This document shows, one piece after another, positions 1-9,063 of a stretch of 64,000 bases of DNA. The position numbers and the translations under genes are program-made. The stretch's first letter is position 1. The number at the start of each line of letters is the position of its first letter. The notes under the pieces were generated by a model. The model was given only the letters and a program-made list of their open reading frames with translations, ran no database searches and was not told the DNA's origin. This DNA comes from an uncultured Acidimicrobiaceae bacterium (GTDB taxonomy: Bacteria; Actinomycetota; Acidimicrobiia; Acidimicrobiales; RAAP-2). Location: assembly GCA_963753115.1 (NCBI GenBank), contig CAVWBB010000026.1, forward strand, positions 439-64,438. Direction: 5' to 3'.

Positions 1-2
1 CG

Positions 3-554
3 GTGCTGGCCGCCCACAACCCGATGATCGAAGTCCTCGCCGGCCATGCAGAGGAGATTCCTGCTGCCGCCTCATCGGTCGACCTCATCATCGCCCAATC
101 GGCCTGGCACTGGGTGGACGAGGAGCGCGCCGTTCCGGAGGTGGTGCGCGTCCTGCGGCCGGGCGGGCGACTCTCGCTCGTGTGGACCGGACCTGACCGC
201 ACTGTCGACTGGATGCGGTCACTCTGGGCCGGAGGCATCATCTTCAGTCCTGAGGAGCAGTCCGACGAGGACGACCGCCGGAAGCGCAGGCATCTCGTCA
301 ACGTCGATCTTGGAGGCGAGAGCGCGTTCTTCCAGCCCGAGACGGTCCTCTTCCGATGGACCCGGCCGATGCCACGCTCGGATCTGGTGGCGCTCTCGGC
401 CACGTACAGCGCGGTCATCACCATGGAGGAGAACGCCCGCCGCGAGCATCTCGAAGCAATGACGCGATTTCTCGACTCCAACGAGGCATTTGCCGACCTT
501 GACGTCATCGACGTCCCCATGCGCTCCTACTGCTGGCGGGCCACGAAGCGCTGA
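3..554 (+). CDS. class I SAM-dependent methyltransferase, C-terminal part (5' end outside window)
   Basis: ORF is open to the window edge. DLIIAQSAWHW and VLRPGGRLSLVW resemble the post-motif-I region of type-11 methyltransferases. The N-terminal GxGxG is not visible because the gene is truncated. Confidence 0.6.
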   Translation: MLAAHNPMIEVLAGHAEEIPAAASSVDLIIAQSAWHWVDEERAVPEVVRVLRPGGRLSLVWTGPDRTVDWMRSLWAGGIIFSPEEQSDEDDRRKRRHLVNVDLGGESAFFQPETVLFRWTRPMPRSDLVALSATYSAVITMEENARREHLEAMTRFLDSNEAFADLDVIDVPMRSYCWRATKR

Positions 555-656
555 CCCTGCGCTGACCCTGGACTGTCCCAGGAGGAGACGAACAGCCCGA
601 GGGAATAGGACGAAGGTCCCGAAGAATTTCGCGAACCCCCAGCGTATGGTGACTGC

Positions 657-833
657 ATGTTCCTCGGAGTACTCCTCGGTGCGCTGATCAACCTCGGCGG
701 ATCCGGCCGCTACATCCACTGGGGCTTCATTCAGATCTCCGTCGCCAATTTCGTCGTCATCCTCTTGATGGTGGCCGTCTTCGTGCTGGCGATCCTCCTC
801 CCATTCCCGCGTCGGAAGCGAGGCCACCGATGA
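657..833 (+). CDS. small hydrophobic protein (58 aa), family not recognised
   Basis: Below the track length cut-off. ATG at 657, TGA at 831-833. Translation MFLGVLLGALINLGGSGRYIHWGFIQISVANFVVILLMVAVFVLAILLPFPRRKRGHR is hydrophobic with a basic tail. It lies 78 nt upstream of the cytochrome b gene on the same strand. No clear Shine-Dalgarno. Confidence 0.3.
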   Translation: MFLGVLLGALINLGGSGRYIHWGFIQISVANFVVILLMVAVFVLAILLPFPRRKRGHR

Positions 834-911
834 GCATCGACACGGAAACCCCCGCAGAGGCGCCATGCTCGCGGTTCCGCATCAGCCGAGTCACGCCAGT
901 GGACGGCCAAG

Positions 912-1532
912 GTGCGTGGTGCCGCGGAAACGGCCTTCCCGCCCAGCCGGCTACTCCCCGACCGCCAACCGGCCTACATGGCCTCGTGGATCTACGTCTT
1001 TGGAGTCCTGACCGTCGTCAGCCTGGCCTGGGTGATCATCACGGGCTGCATCCTCGCCGTCATGGGGCCGAGCTGGTGGCACGTCTCGACCGCCGGGCAC
1101 TTTGTGAACTCGCTACACCTGTGGAGCGTCGAAGCCTTCTTCTTCTTCATGGTGATCCATCTCTGGGGCAAGTTCTTCATGGCGGCATGGCGGGGCAACC
1201 GTCGGCTCACCTGGGCCACCGGCGTCGTCTCCTTTCTCGCGTCCGTCGGTGCCGCGTTCACGGGCTACCTCTCACAGCAGAACTTCGATTCGCAATGGAT
1301 CTCGACCCAGGCCAAGGACGGCATCAACTCCACCGGGGTCGGCGCGTTCTGGAACGTCTTGAACTTCGGGCAGATGCTCATGTGGCACATCGTCCTCCTA
1401 CCCATCGCGGTCGCGCTCATCGCCGGACTGCACGTCCTGCTCGTGCGGCGTCGCGGCATCGTTCCTCCATTCGAGCTCTCACCGGAGGGTGACGGGGCCG
1501 GGGAGGCAGCGCCGGATCAGGAGTCGGCATGA
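912..1532 (+). CDS. cytochrome b/b6 N-terminal-domain protein (di-haem four-helix core)
   Basis: Two His pairs on hydrophobic helices (SLHLW...VIHLW and MWHIV...GLHVLL) are spaced like haem b ligands, and WIYVFGVL...ITG resembles helix A. The start could instead be ATG 978. Confidence 0.75.
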   Translation: MRGAAETAFPPSRLLPDRQPAYMASWIYVFGVLTVVSLAWVIITGCILAVMGPSWWHVSTAGHFVNSLHLWSVEAFFFFMVIHLWGKFFMAAWRGNRRLTWATGVVSFLASVGAAFTGYLSQQNFDSQWISTQAKDGINSTGVGAFWNVLNFGQMLMWHIVLLPIAVALIAGLHVLLVRRRGIVPPFELSPEGDGAGEAAPDQESA

Positions 1533-2500
1533 GCCGGGGAACCCGGAGCCGCCGGCGCTTCAACCCTGATCGCGACGTCGCGGAGTGGAAGGGCGCGACT
1601 ATCCCCTACGACATCCTCAAGGAGGCCTTCGTGGCCTTCCTGGCGGTGGCGGTGCTCATCACGCTCCTGGCCGTGGTCTTCTCATCTCCCGACGAGCCCT
1701 CCGCCACCTTGAAGACCTGGTCCGCGATAAATCCCGTCGACTTCGCGCAGACCACCGTCACCGAACTGGACGGGACCAGCGGTACCGCCACCTACGGGCC
1801 TCCCTACAACGCCACAGCCGATGCCTCGCAACACATCGGCTTCTTCGAGCCCGCTCAGTGGGTGGGCGTGCACCAGCCCGTGGACACGGCCAAGGATTTC
1901 GTGATCGACCCGCTGCGCACCCTGCCCAATACGCCAGGGACCCAGCGCGCCATCAACGCCTACGAGGCCGCTTCCCCGGCGCAGCAGAGCGCGTGGACGA
2001 CCGCGTACGAGAAAGCGGTGGCCAATGCCACCAATGTGCACGGCCGGCTCCACGTACCGGCGGGCACCTATGGCCCAGTCGGCACCATCGTCGGCTCGCT
2101 CACCACCATGGCGCAGACAGGTGGCCTCGACGGCACCCTGCTGAGCAACGGGCAGTTCTACAACACCGATTACACAAAACCACTCCTCTTCCTCGCTGAC
2201 GGCACCTATCTGGAAGATCGCGCTGGCAGCCAGCACCTGCAGGGAGATCAGTGGGGCATGATGAACGAGACCGGGAACTTCCCCGGTCAGGCATGGCTGT
2301 GGCTCTACACCATGTGGTACCAGGTGCCACCGATGAATTCGTCGTCCAACGGAGATCTCGAGGTGTGGGGGATCATGATGGTGCTCTCCCTCGCCTTGGT
2401 CTTCCTCCCGTTCATTCCCATCCTGCGATCCATTCCGCGCTGGTCCCGCGTGTACAAACTGATTTGGCGGCGTCACTACCGGGAGCAGGCCATCGCCTGA
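1529..2500 (+). CDS. membrane protein translationally coupled to cytochrome b (family not recognised)
   Basis: ATGA start/stop overlap with the cytochrome b gene. N-terminal TM (FVAFLAVAVLITLLAVVF), a ~220-aa hydrophilic domain, then C-terminal hydrophobic helices (WLWLYTMWY, IMMVLSLALVFLPFIPIL). Confidence 0.6.
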   Translation: MSRGTRSRRRFNPDRDVAEWKGATIPYDILKEAFVAFLAVAVLITLLAVVFSSPDEPSATLKTWSAINPVDFAQTTVTELDGTSGTATYGPPYNATADASQHIGFFEPAQWVGVHQPVDTAKDFVIDPLRTLPNTPGTQRAINAYEAASPAQQSAWTTAYEKAVANATNVHGRLHVPAGTYGPVGTIVGSLTTMAQTGGLDGTLLSNGQFYNTDYTKPLLFLADGTYLEDRAGSQHLQGDQWGMMNETGNFPGQAWLWLYTMWYQVPPMNSSSNGDLEVWGIMMVLSLALVFLPFIPILRSIPRWSRVYKLIWRRHYREQAIA

Positions 2501-2742
2501 CGCCGGGACCGCGCCCGATTGGCGCGAAGAGGTTCCCGCTCGCGAGTGTCACTGCCTGCAAAGCAGGTATGCACAGAGCGCTGAGCCTGGGAGCCGCACG
2601 ACACCTGTGAGGTTTCATCCTTTCGTCAGGTAACTCGATGCACCCGCCTACCGTGCCCTGCGGCTGCGCACAGTTTCAGAGCGCAGCGTGTGTGTACCGG
2701 TTCGAACGAGCCGGCGCTTCACCCAGCAGAAAGGCACACACC

Positions 2743-3105
2743 ATGCAGATCCGCCTTCGTCACGCACTGGCCGTCGGGGCCCTGACATCGGGACTCCTCG
2801 CTGGTGGCGCACTGGTCGCCAATGCGGCGACCACGTCCAGCACCACACCGTCGTCGAGTTCGACCACGGGCGGCACCGGCTCGGGCACCACTGGCTCAGG
2901 CAACACCGGATCGGGTTCCTCGAACTCGTCGACCAGCTCGGGATCAGGTTCCAGTTCGAACTCCGGTTCGAGCTCCAGCTCAGGATCCGACTCGACGAAG
3001 AACTGCCCGAACATGGGGAGCGGATCGGGATCAGGCAATCCGCCGTCCGGTTCCGGCCCCCCGACGGCGTCGGGCTCGGAGAGCGGAGCGACCTCCACCT
3101 CCTAG
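2743..3105 (+). CDS. secreted Ser/Gly/Thr-rich low-complexity protein
   Basis: ATG 2743 with GAAAGG upstream. Signal-peptide-like MQIRLRHALAVGALTSGLLAGGALVANA, followed by about 90 aa of S/G/T repeats. The antisense frame is also open, so the call rests on the signal peptide. Confidence 0.45.
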   Translation: MQIRLRHALAVGALTSGLLAGGALVANAATTSSTTPSSSSTTGGTGSGTTGSGNTGSGSSNSSTSSGSGSSSNSGSSSSSGSDSTKNCPNMGSGSGSGNPPSGSGPPTASGSESGATSTS

Positions 3106-3231
3106 CGCTGAGCTCCTCCGACAGAGGTCCGACTCCCACCACAGAGGAACGGGCGGTGTGGGCCGATCGCCAAGCGGTCCGCACCGCCCCCCTCTGGAAC
3201 CCCCTGGACCCTCCGGTGAGGATCCGAAGGT

Positions 3232-4710
3232 TCAGGCGGTTGCCCCTCGGGCGTCGAGGGCGCACGCCACCAGCTCACCGAGTGCATCGTCGACATGGAC
3301 GGCCAGCTCGTCGAGCTCGGGGAGGAGCCGGCGGCAGGACAACAGTCCGAAGTAGACCTGGCCGAGATACGAGAAGGCGGTCACGTTGATGCCGATGCCC
3401 TCGGCCATGGGCCCCACCGGGTAGGTGCTGGCGACACGGCTCCCCGCCAGGAAGAGGGGGACGTCCGGCACCCGGACGCTCGAAATGGTGACATTGAACG
3501 GAGGCCGCACCTTGTCGAAGAGCCGGGCGCCGGCCACGGCGCGCGCCACCCGGGAGGCCAGTGCCGGCAGGGCGATCTGCGCGAGGTCACCGACGAAGCG
3601 TCCCCCGTGCAGCTTCTCCTGCTCCTTGGCCACCCGGGACGATTCGGAGATGGCATCGAGCCGGGCCACCGGGTCCTCGATGTCGCTGGCCAGTGAGACC
3701 AGCATCCCGGACAGCTGGTTCCCCAGTTCCTCCGTCTCCCCCTCCGCCCGCGTCGAGACCGGCACCATGGCGACGAGCGAGCCCTCGGCGCGCTCCCCCC
3801 GATCGTCCAGCAGCCGGGACAGGGCACCCGAGACGCAGGCCATGATCACGTCGTTGACGGTCGCTTCGAAGACCTGGCCGACCAGCTTCACGTCCTCCAA
3901 CGGGACGGAGAGACCGGCAAAGCGCTTCCGGTTCGAGACAGTGCCGTTGAACGACGTGCGCGGCGCGGCAAAGAAGCCGGGCGGCGATTGTTCCCCACGG
4001 CCCGCCAACTCGCGGTTGTGCATGCCGAGGTCGGCCACGGCTTCCACACCTGCCTGCAGGGTGGTCAACGCCGAGCCCGGCTGCCGCCTGAGCGACGAGG
4101 CTGCATGGAGCAGCATCTGCGTGTTGGAAGGTAAGGGCGGCGGGTTCCACTCTGGCGGCAGCTCCACAATGCGGGTACGCGGCGTCAGATCGAGGAAAGC
4201 CGCCAGCACCGATGCGCCGCTCACCCCGTCGAGGATGGCGTGGTGCACCTTGGCCACGAGCGCCGTGCGCTCTCCTTCGAGTCCCTCGACCACGTGCATC
4301 TCCCACAATGGGCGATCGGGGTCGAGTTGGCGGCTCATCACGCCAGCGACGAACGCATCGAGCTCGGCCTGGCCGCCCGGAGAGGGCAGGCTCGCCCGGC
4401 TGAGATGGTCGTCGAGCTCGAAGTCCGGATCGTCGATCCAAACGGGATGATGCAGTCCGAGGGGAACCCGGACGGCCCGCTGCCGCATCGGGGGGATCAG
4501 GTGGAGCCGCTGCTGAATGACCCGGCGGACCTGCGCATAGCGGGTGGACGGCGAGAAGAGCGACCGGGTGCCTTCGGGCGGGTCCAGCACGAGCGCCACA
4601 CCGACGTGCATCGGCGTGGTCGGCGTCTCGAGCGCGAGGAAGGCGGCGTCCATCCCGACAAGTGACTCCATGACCCTGCCCTTCTTAGCGTCTCCCCGGT
4701 CGTCCGTCAT
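3232..4710 (-). CDS. wax ester synthase / diacylglycerol O-acyltransferase (WS/DGAT family)
   Basis: HHAILDGVSG acyltransferase motif, with N-terminal MDAAFLALETPTTPMHVG typical of the family. ATG 4710 overlaps the dut stop (ATGA); an alternative ATG lies at 4671. The 721-aa track ORF is an artefactual upstream extension. Confidence 0.85.
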   Translation of the reverse strand: MTDDRGDAKKGRVMESLVGMDAAFLALETPTTPMHVGVALVLDPPEGTRSLFSPSTRYAQVRRVIQQRLHLIPPMRQRAVRVPLGLHHPVWIDDPDFELDDHLSRASLPSPGGQAELDAFVAGVMSRQLDPDRPLWEMHVVEGLEGERTALVAKVHHAILDGVSGASVLAAFLDLTPRTRIVELPPEWNPPPLPSNTQMLLHAASSLRRQPGSALTTLQAGVEAVADLGMHNRELAGRGEQSPPGFFAAPRTSFNGTVSNRKRFAGLSVPLEDVKLVGQVFEATVNDVIMACVSGALSRLLDDRGERAEGSLVAMVPVSTRAEGETEELGNQLSGMLVSLASDIEDPVARLDAISESSRVAKEQEKLHGGRFVGDLAQIALPALASRVARAVAGARLFDKVRPPFNVTISSVRVPDVPLFLAGSRVASTYPVGPMAEGIGINVTAFSYLGQVYFGLLSCRRLLPELDELAVHVDDALGELVACALDARGATA

Positions 4711-5150
4711 GTGCCGGTATGCCCGAAGCCGCCGGTTCCCCGCTCCGACTCCTCCAAGCCCCCGTCCCCGACGAGGTCGAAGGCCGCCTGCTCCACCCGG
4801 ATCAGGACCAATTGGGCGATCCGATCGCCCCGGCTGACGGTGTAATCGTGCTCGGGATCGTGGTTGACCAGGACGACCTGGAGCTCGCCCCGGTAACCCG
4901 AGTCGATCAACCCGGGCGTGTTCAGGCAGGTGAGGCCATGGCGGGCGGCCAGACCGCTCCGGGGGACCACCAGCCCGGCATACCCGGCCGGGATGGCCAC
5001 CGCCACGCCGGTCGGGACCACGGCGCGCCCTCCCCGGCACGGCAGCACGACAGCAGATCGAGCGAGCAGGTCCGCGCCGGCGTCGCCCTCCCGGGCGTAC
5101 CCGGGCACGGGCAGATCGCCGTCCAGCTGCTGCAGGGCCACGCGGAGCAT
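4707..5150 (-). CDS. dut: dUTP diphosphatase
   Basis: Canonical dUTPase motifs are present: AGADL, PRSGLA, GLIDSGYRGEL, RIAQLV and C-terminal RGTGGFGHTG. Confidence 0.9.
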   Translation of the reverse strand: MLRVALQQLDGDLPVPGYAREGDAGADLLARSAVVLPCRGGRAVVPTGVAVAIPAGYAGLVVPRSGLAARHGLTCLNTPGLIDSGYRGELQVVLVNHDPEHDYTVSRGDRIAQLVLIRVEQAAFDLVGDGGLEESERGTGGFGHTGT

Positions 5151-5217
5151 CGCCGGACATTACAAGGGACCCGGTCCCTCCATCCCCCGTCGGAGCCGAC
5201 CGGTAGCATGCCCGCGC

Positions 5218-5778
5218 ATGCTGGCCTGGATCGATCTCGAGATGACAGGGCTCGATCCGGCGCGCCACACGATCGTCGAGATCGCCTGCCTGATCACCGA
5301 CGACAACCTGCAACTGGTGGAGGAGGGCCCTGACCTGGTCGTCCACGCCACGCCGGAACAGCTCGCCCACATGGACGAGTTCGTGCGGACCATGCACACC
5401 CGTTCCGGGCTCCTTGCGGCCATTGAGGCTTCGACGCTGAGCCTTGCCGACGCCGGGGCCCAGACGCTGGCCTTCCTGAAGTCACACATCCCCGAGGCCC
5501 GCACGGTCCCCCTGGCGGGGAACTCCATCGGGACCGACCGGCGGTTCCTGGCCACACAGCTCCCCGAGATCGAGGACTTCCTCCACTACCGCTCCGTCGA
5601 CGTCTCCACCATCAAAGAGCTCTGCCGGCGCTGGCTCCCCGACATCTCCAAGGCCGCACCCGAGAAGAAGGGCGGTCACCGAGCGCTGCAGGACATCCGC
5701 GAGTCCGTGGCGGAGCTGGCCTACTACCGCGGAGCGATCTTCGACAGCGCCGCCACGAGCGAAAAGGAGTCCACGTGA
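5218..5778 (+). CDS. orn: oligoribonuclease (DEDDh 3'-5' exonuclease)
   Basis: WIDLEMTGLD, NSIGTDRRFL and HRALQDIRESV motifs. ATG 5218 lies inside a longer shadow ORF. Confidence 0.9.
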   Translation: MLAWIDLEMTGLDPARHTIVEIACLITDDNLQLVEEGPDLVVHATPEQLAHMDEFVRTMHTRSGLLAAIEASTLSLADAGAQTLAFLKSHIPEARTVPLAGNSIGTDRRFLATQLPEIEDFLHYRSVDVSTIKELCRRWLPDISKAAPEKKGGHRALQDIRESVAELAYYRGAIFDSAATSEKEST

Positions 5779-7562
5779 GCACGACCGGCAAGGACGCGCC
5801 ATCGATGTCGATCGCGGAGGCCAACGAGGCCCTCACCGCCGCCGGGCAGCTCTTCGAGATGCAGGAGCTCGACATTCGCGGCGTGCCGACCCGCACCTGG
5901 AAGAACGCCCCTCCCTCGCTCCGCGCCATCATGGACATGTCGCTCGGTCACGGCGATGCGGTCTTCCTCGTCTACGAGGACGAGCGGACGACCTTCGCCG
6001 AGCACTACCGCATCGCCTGCACCCTGGCGCACCGGCTGCGCTCCGAGTTCGGGATTGAGCAAGGCGACCGCGTCGCCATCATCATGCGCAACCTGCCGGA
6101 GTGGGTCATGGCGTTCTGGGCGGCCACGCTGGCCGGCGCCATTGTGGTCCCGCTCAACGCGTGGTGGAGCGGCGAGGAGTTGCGCTACGGCCTCGACGAC
6201 TCGAGCTCGAAGGTGGTCTTCGTCGACACGGAGCGGGCCGAGCGGATCCGTCCCGTTCTCGGCGACCTGCCGTTCCTCGGTGCGGTGATCGTGGCCGATG
6301 AGCACCGCACCGAGCCCGCCGAGCCGCCGGGCGTCTCCGAACCGGCCGGCGGCGTGCCCGAATGGCCCTTCCCGCTGGCGGTGGGCCCCGTGGACGAAGA
6401 CGCCTCGCCGCCCGACCTCACCATCGACCCGGAGGACGACGCCACCATCTTCTACACGTCGGGCACGACCGGTCGCCCCAAGGGTGCCGTCGGCACCCAC
6501 CGCAACATGTGCACCAACCTGATGAGCCTCTTCTTCATCAACACCCGGGGCGCCACCCGCTTCGGCAGCCCGACCCTCGAAGCTCCCGGGGAAAAGTCGC
6601 AGGCCGCTTTCCTCCTCTCCGTCCCGCTGTTCCATGCCACCGGCTGTCATTCAGTGATGGTGTCCAACCTGGCGGCCGGCGGGAAGCTCGTGATGATGCA
6701 CCACTTCGAGCCCGACCGCGCCCTCGAGCTCATCGAGCGGGAGAAGATCGGCACCTTCGGCGGCGTGCCGGCCATGGTCATGCAGGTGCTCGACTCGCCC
6801 AACTTCTCCAAGTTCGACACCTCCTCCATCCGCGGCGTCTCCTACGGCGGAGCGCCAGCGCCTCCCGACCTGGTGCGCCGGATCCGTGCGGCGTGGCCCA
6901 TCGGGCAGCCCTCGAACGGCTACGGCCTGACGGAGACGTCGTCGGTCACCTCCATGAACTCGGGGGGCGACTACGTGGCCCGGCCCGAGAGCGTCGGCCC
7001 GCCCGTGCCGGTCTGCGACGTGGCCGTGGTGCCGGAGGACTTCTCAGGCGACGAGCCGGATGCCACGCTCCCCCGTGGGCCCGCAGTCCGCGGCGAGCTC
7101 TGGATCAAAGGCCCCAACGTCGTGCGCGGCTACTGGAACCGGCCCGAAGAGACGGCCAAGACCTTCACCCGGGGATGGCTGCACACCGGCGATGTCGCCC
7201 GGCTCGACGAGGACAACTTCATCTACATCGTCGACCGGGCGAAGGACATGATCATCCGGGGCGGCGAGAACGTGTACTCGGTGCAGGTCGAGGCCGCGCT
7301 CTTCGAGCACCCGGCCGTCGCCGATTGTGCGGTGATCGGCGTGCCACACCCCACACTCGGTGAGGAGGTGGGAGCGGTGGTCGTCCTCCGCCCGGGCGCC
7401 AAGGTGACCGCCGACGAACTCCAGCTCCATGTGAAGGCCAGGCTGGCCGGCTTCATGGTGCCGACCCATATCTGGTTCCGGGCCGAGCCGCTCCCACGCA
7501 ACCCCCAAGGGAAGGCGCTCAAGCGCGAGCTGCGCGACGAGCTGGTCTCCCCCTCGGACTGA
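5775..7562 (+). CDS. AMP-dependent acyl-CoA synthetase/ligase (FadD-like)
   Basis: IFYTSGTTGRPKGAV adenylation motif, GYGLTET, and WLHTGDV...IVDRAKDMII. The GTG start overlaps the orn stop (GTGA). Confidence 0.85.
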   Translation: MSTTGKDAPSMSIAEANEALTAAGQLFEMQELDIRGVPTRTWKNAPPSLRAIMDMSLGHGDAVFLVYEDERTTFAEHYRIACTLAHRLRSEFGIEQGDRVAIIMRNLPEWVMAFWAATLAGAIVVPLNAWWSGEELRYGLDDSSSKVVFVDTERAERIRPVLGDLPFLGAVIVADEHRTEPAEPPGVSEPAGGVPEWPFPLAVGPVDEDASPPDLTIDPEDDATIFYTSGTTGRPKGAVGTHRNMCTNLMSLFFINTRGATRFGSPTLEAPGEKSQAAFLLSVPLFHATGCHSVMVSNLAAGGKLVMMHHFEPDRALELIEREKIGTFGGVPAMVMQVLDSPNFSKFDTSSIRGVSYGGAPAPPDLVRRIRAAWPIGQPSNGYGLTETSSVTSMNSGGDYVARPESVGPPVPVCDVAVVPEDFSGDEPDATLPRGPAVRGELWIKGPNVVRGYWNRPEETAKTFTRGWLHTGDVARLDEDNFIYIVDRAKDMIIRGGENVYSVQVEAALFEHPAVADCAVIGVPHPTLGEEVGAVVVLRPGAKVTADELQLHVKARLAGFMVPTHIWFRAEPLPRNPQGKALKRELRDELVSPSD

Positions 7563-7575
7563 GCGTCCAATCGGC

Positions 7576-8205
7576 TCAGGCCGGGTCGGGCTGGCGACCG
7601 GTGAGGCCGAGGAGACGTTGGAGCAGGGGCGCGTCCTCTGGTACCGCCACGGCCGCCGGATAGACCCCGATGGCGCGCCACTCCTCGGCATGCGGGCTCA
7701 CCTCGTCCCAGACCCCTTGCACGAGCTCGTCCTCGAGACCGGCCGCGACCCCGATCTCCCGCGCGATGTCGTGTGCCCGCAGGGCTCGGAATTGGTTGAT
7801 CTGCCAGAAGTACTCCCGCACGGAGTAGTCGCCGAACGAGAGGTGCGCCACGGCGTCGAGATCCGTCACGGCGGCCGCTGCCGCGCAGGCCTTTTCGACG
7901 ATGGCCCCAAAGCTGGCCACGGGATCATCCCCGAGGAGGTCCCCGTCGAACTTCTCCGACCCCGCTGCTTCCATGGTGAGTCCCGCCAGCATGTCGGGCA
8001 CCCAGGCATCGTCGTACGCGTGGTAGTTCACCAGGGTGCGGAGCGAGGGGGGCTCCGGCCGGCTCCGCGTGGCGAAGCTGCTCGGCAAGATCATGTCCCA
8101 TTGCTCGTGCGTGATCTGCGCCACCACACGGGCCAGGGCCCGGTCCGCCAGTTGGAAGCATTCCGGTTCAGCCATCTCCGGTTCAGCCATCTCCGGTTCA
8201 GCCAT
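7576..8205 (-). CDS. DinB/mycothiol-dependent-maleylpyruvate-isomerase-like (TIGR03086-type) protein
   Basis: The N-terminal four-helix DinB-like region and a C-terminal LLGLTGRQP-type tail resemble the actinobacterial TIGR03086 family. GGAG lies 8 nt upstream of ATG 8205. In-frame ATGs at 8190 and 8175 sit inside the tandem repeat. Confidence 0.7.
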   Translation of the reverse strand: MAEPEMAEPEMAEPECFQLADRALARVVAQITHEQWDMILPSSFATRSRPEPPSLRTLVNYHAYDDAWVPDMLAGLTMEAAGSEKFDGDLLGDDPVASFGAIVEKACAAAAAVTDLDAVAHLSFGDYSVREYFWQINQFRALRAHDIAREIGVAAGLEDELVQGVWDEVSPHAEEWRAIGVYPAAVAVPEDAPLLQRLLGLTGRQPDPA

Positions 8206-8206
8206 C
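8162..8206 (-). repeat. perfect 15-bp tandem repeat x3 (TCCGGTTCAGCCATC) encoding (MAEPE)3
   Basis: Three identical consecutive 15-mers read directly from the sequence. Each carries an in-frame ATG on the minus strand. Confidence 0.95.
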
Positions 8207-8391
8207 AACGTCACTCCTCGCTCTGCCTGACGCCCGACATGGCGCGGCTCGTCATATTGTCCGCACGCTGTGACAGACGAACGCCGTCGGCCCGACCTTC
8301 GGCCCGACCTCGGCCCGGACGCGGACGTGCCGGCCACCAGGGCCGGCACGTGCCACCATCGCGCCCGAGGCTGTCGGGCGAGCGGGTCTCC

Positions 8392-9027
8392 TCAGCGGTT
8401 GGGCTGAGGGGTCACCCGCAGGTAGGGCTTCAGGGCCTTCCAGCCCTTCGGGAAGCGGCCCTTGGCGTCGTCGTCGCTGAGCGCCGGGACGATGATCACG
8501 TCGTCACCGTCGGTCCAGTTGACCGGCGTCGCCACCGAGTAGTCGGCCGTCAGCTGCAGCGAGTCGAGCACGCGGATGATCTCGTCCACGTTCCGCCCCG
8601 TCGACGCGGGGTAGGTCAGCGTCAGCTTGATCTTCTTGTCCGGGCCGATGATGAAGACCGACCGCACCGTGAGGGTGTTGTCGGCGTTGGGGTGGATCAT
8701 GTCGTAGAGGTCCGCCACCTTGCGGTCCTCGTCGCCGATCAGCGGGAAGGCCAGGGCCGAGCCCTGGGTCTCCTTGATGTCCCCCGCCCAGCCCTTGTGG
8801 GACTCGACCGAGTCGACCGAGAGCCCGATCAGCTTGGCGTTGCGCTTGTCGAATTCCGGCTTGGCCTTGGAGAACGCCCCCAGCTCGGTCGTGCAGACCG
8901 GCGTGAAGTCCTTGGGGTGGGAGAAGAGGACCCCCCAGCTGTCACCCAACCACTCGTGGAAATTGATGGTGCCTTCCGTGGTGTCCGCCGTGAAGTCGGG
9001 GGCGGTATCCCCGAGTCGTACTGCCAT
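8392..9027 (-). CDS. 1-Cys peroxiredoxin (Prx6-type)
   Basis: Peroxidatic motif DFTPVCTTE, and full-length similarity to the Prx6 layout (WGVLFSHPKDFTPVCTTE...VDSVESH). AGGAGGAA lies upstream of ATG 9027. Confidence 0.9.
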   Translation of the reverse strand: MAVRLGDTAPDFTADTTEGTINFHEWLGDSWGVLFSHPKDFTPVCTTELGAFSKAKPEFDKRNAKLIGLSVDSVESHKGWAGDIKETQGSALAFPLIGDEDRKVADLYDMIHPNADNTLTVRSVFIIGPDKKIKLTLTYPASTGRNVDEIIRVLDSLQLTADYSVATPVNWTDGDDVIIVPALSDDDAKGRFPKGWKALKPYLRVTPQPNR

Positions 9028-9063
9028 TGTGTTCCTCCTGAAGGGGTGAAGGTCCGTAGATGC

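Noticed and set aside
3232-5397. 721-aa ORF suggesting a giant WS/DGAT fusion protein
   Set aside because: The N-terminal ~230 aa are Arg/Gly/Pro junk overlapping dut in another frame and orn on the other strand. WS/DGAT similarity starts at MESLVGMDAAF, and ATG 4710 forms an ATGA overlap with the dut stop.
8162-8206. The short tandem arrays (15-bp x3 here, 7-bp x8 at 34516-34571, 10-bp x7 at 58161-58230), considered as CRISPR-like arrays
   Set aside because: The units are contiguous with no spacers, are far shorter than CRISPR repeats, and no cas genes are present.
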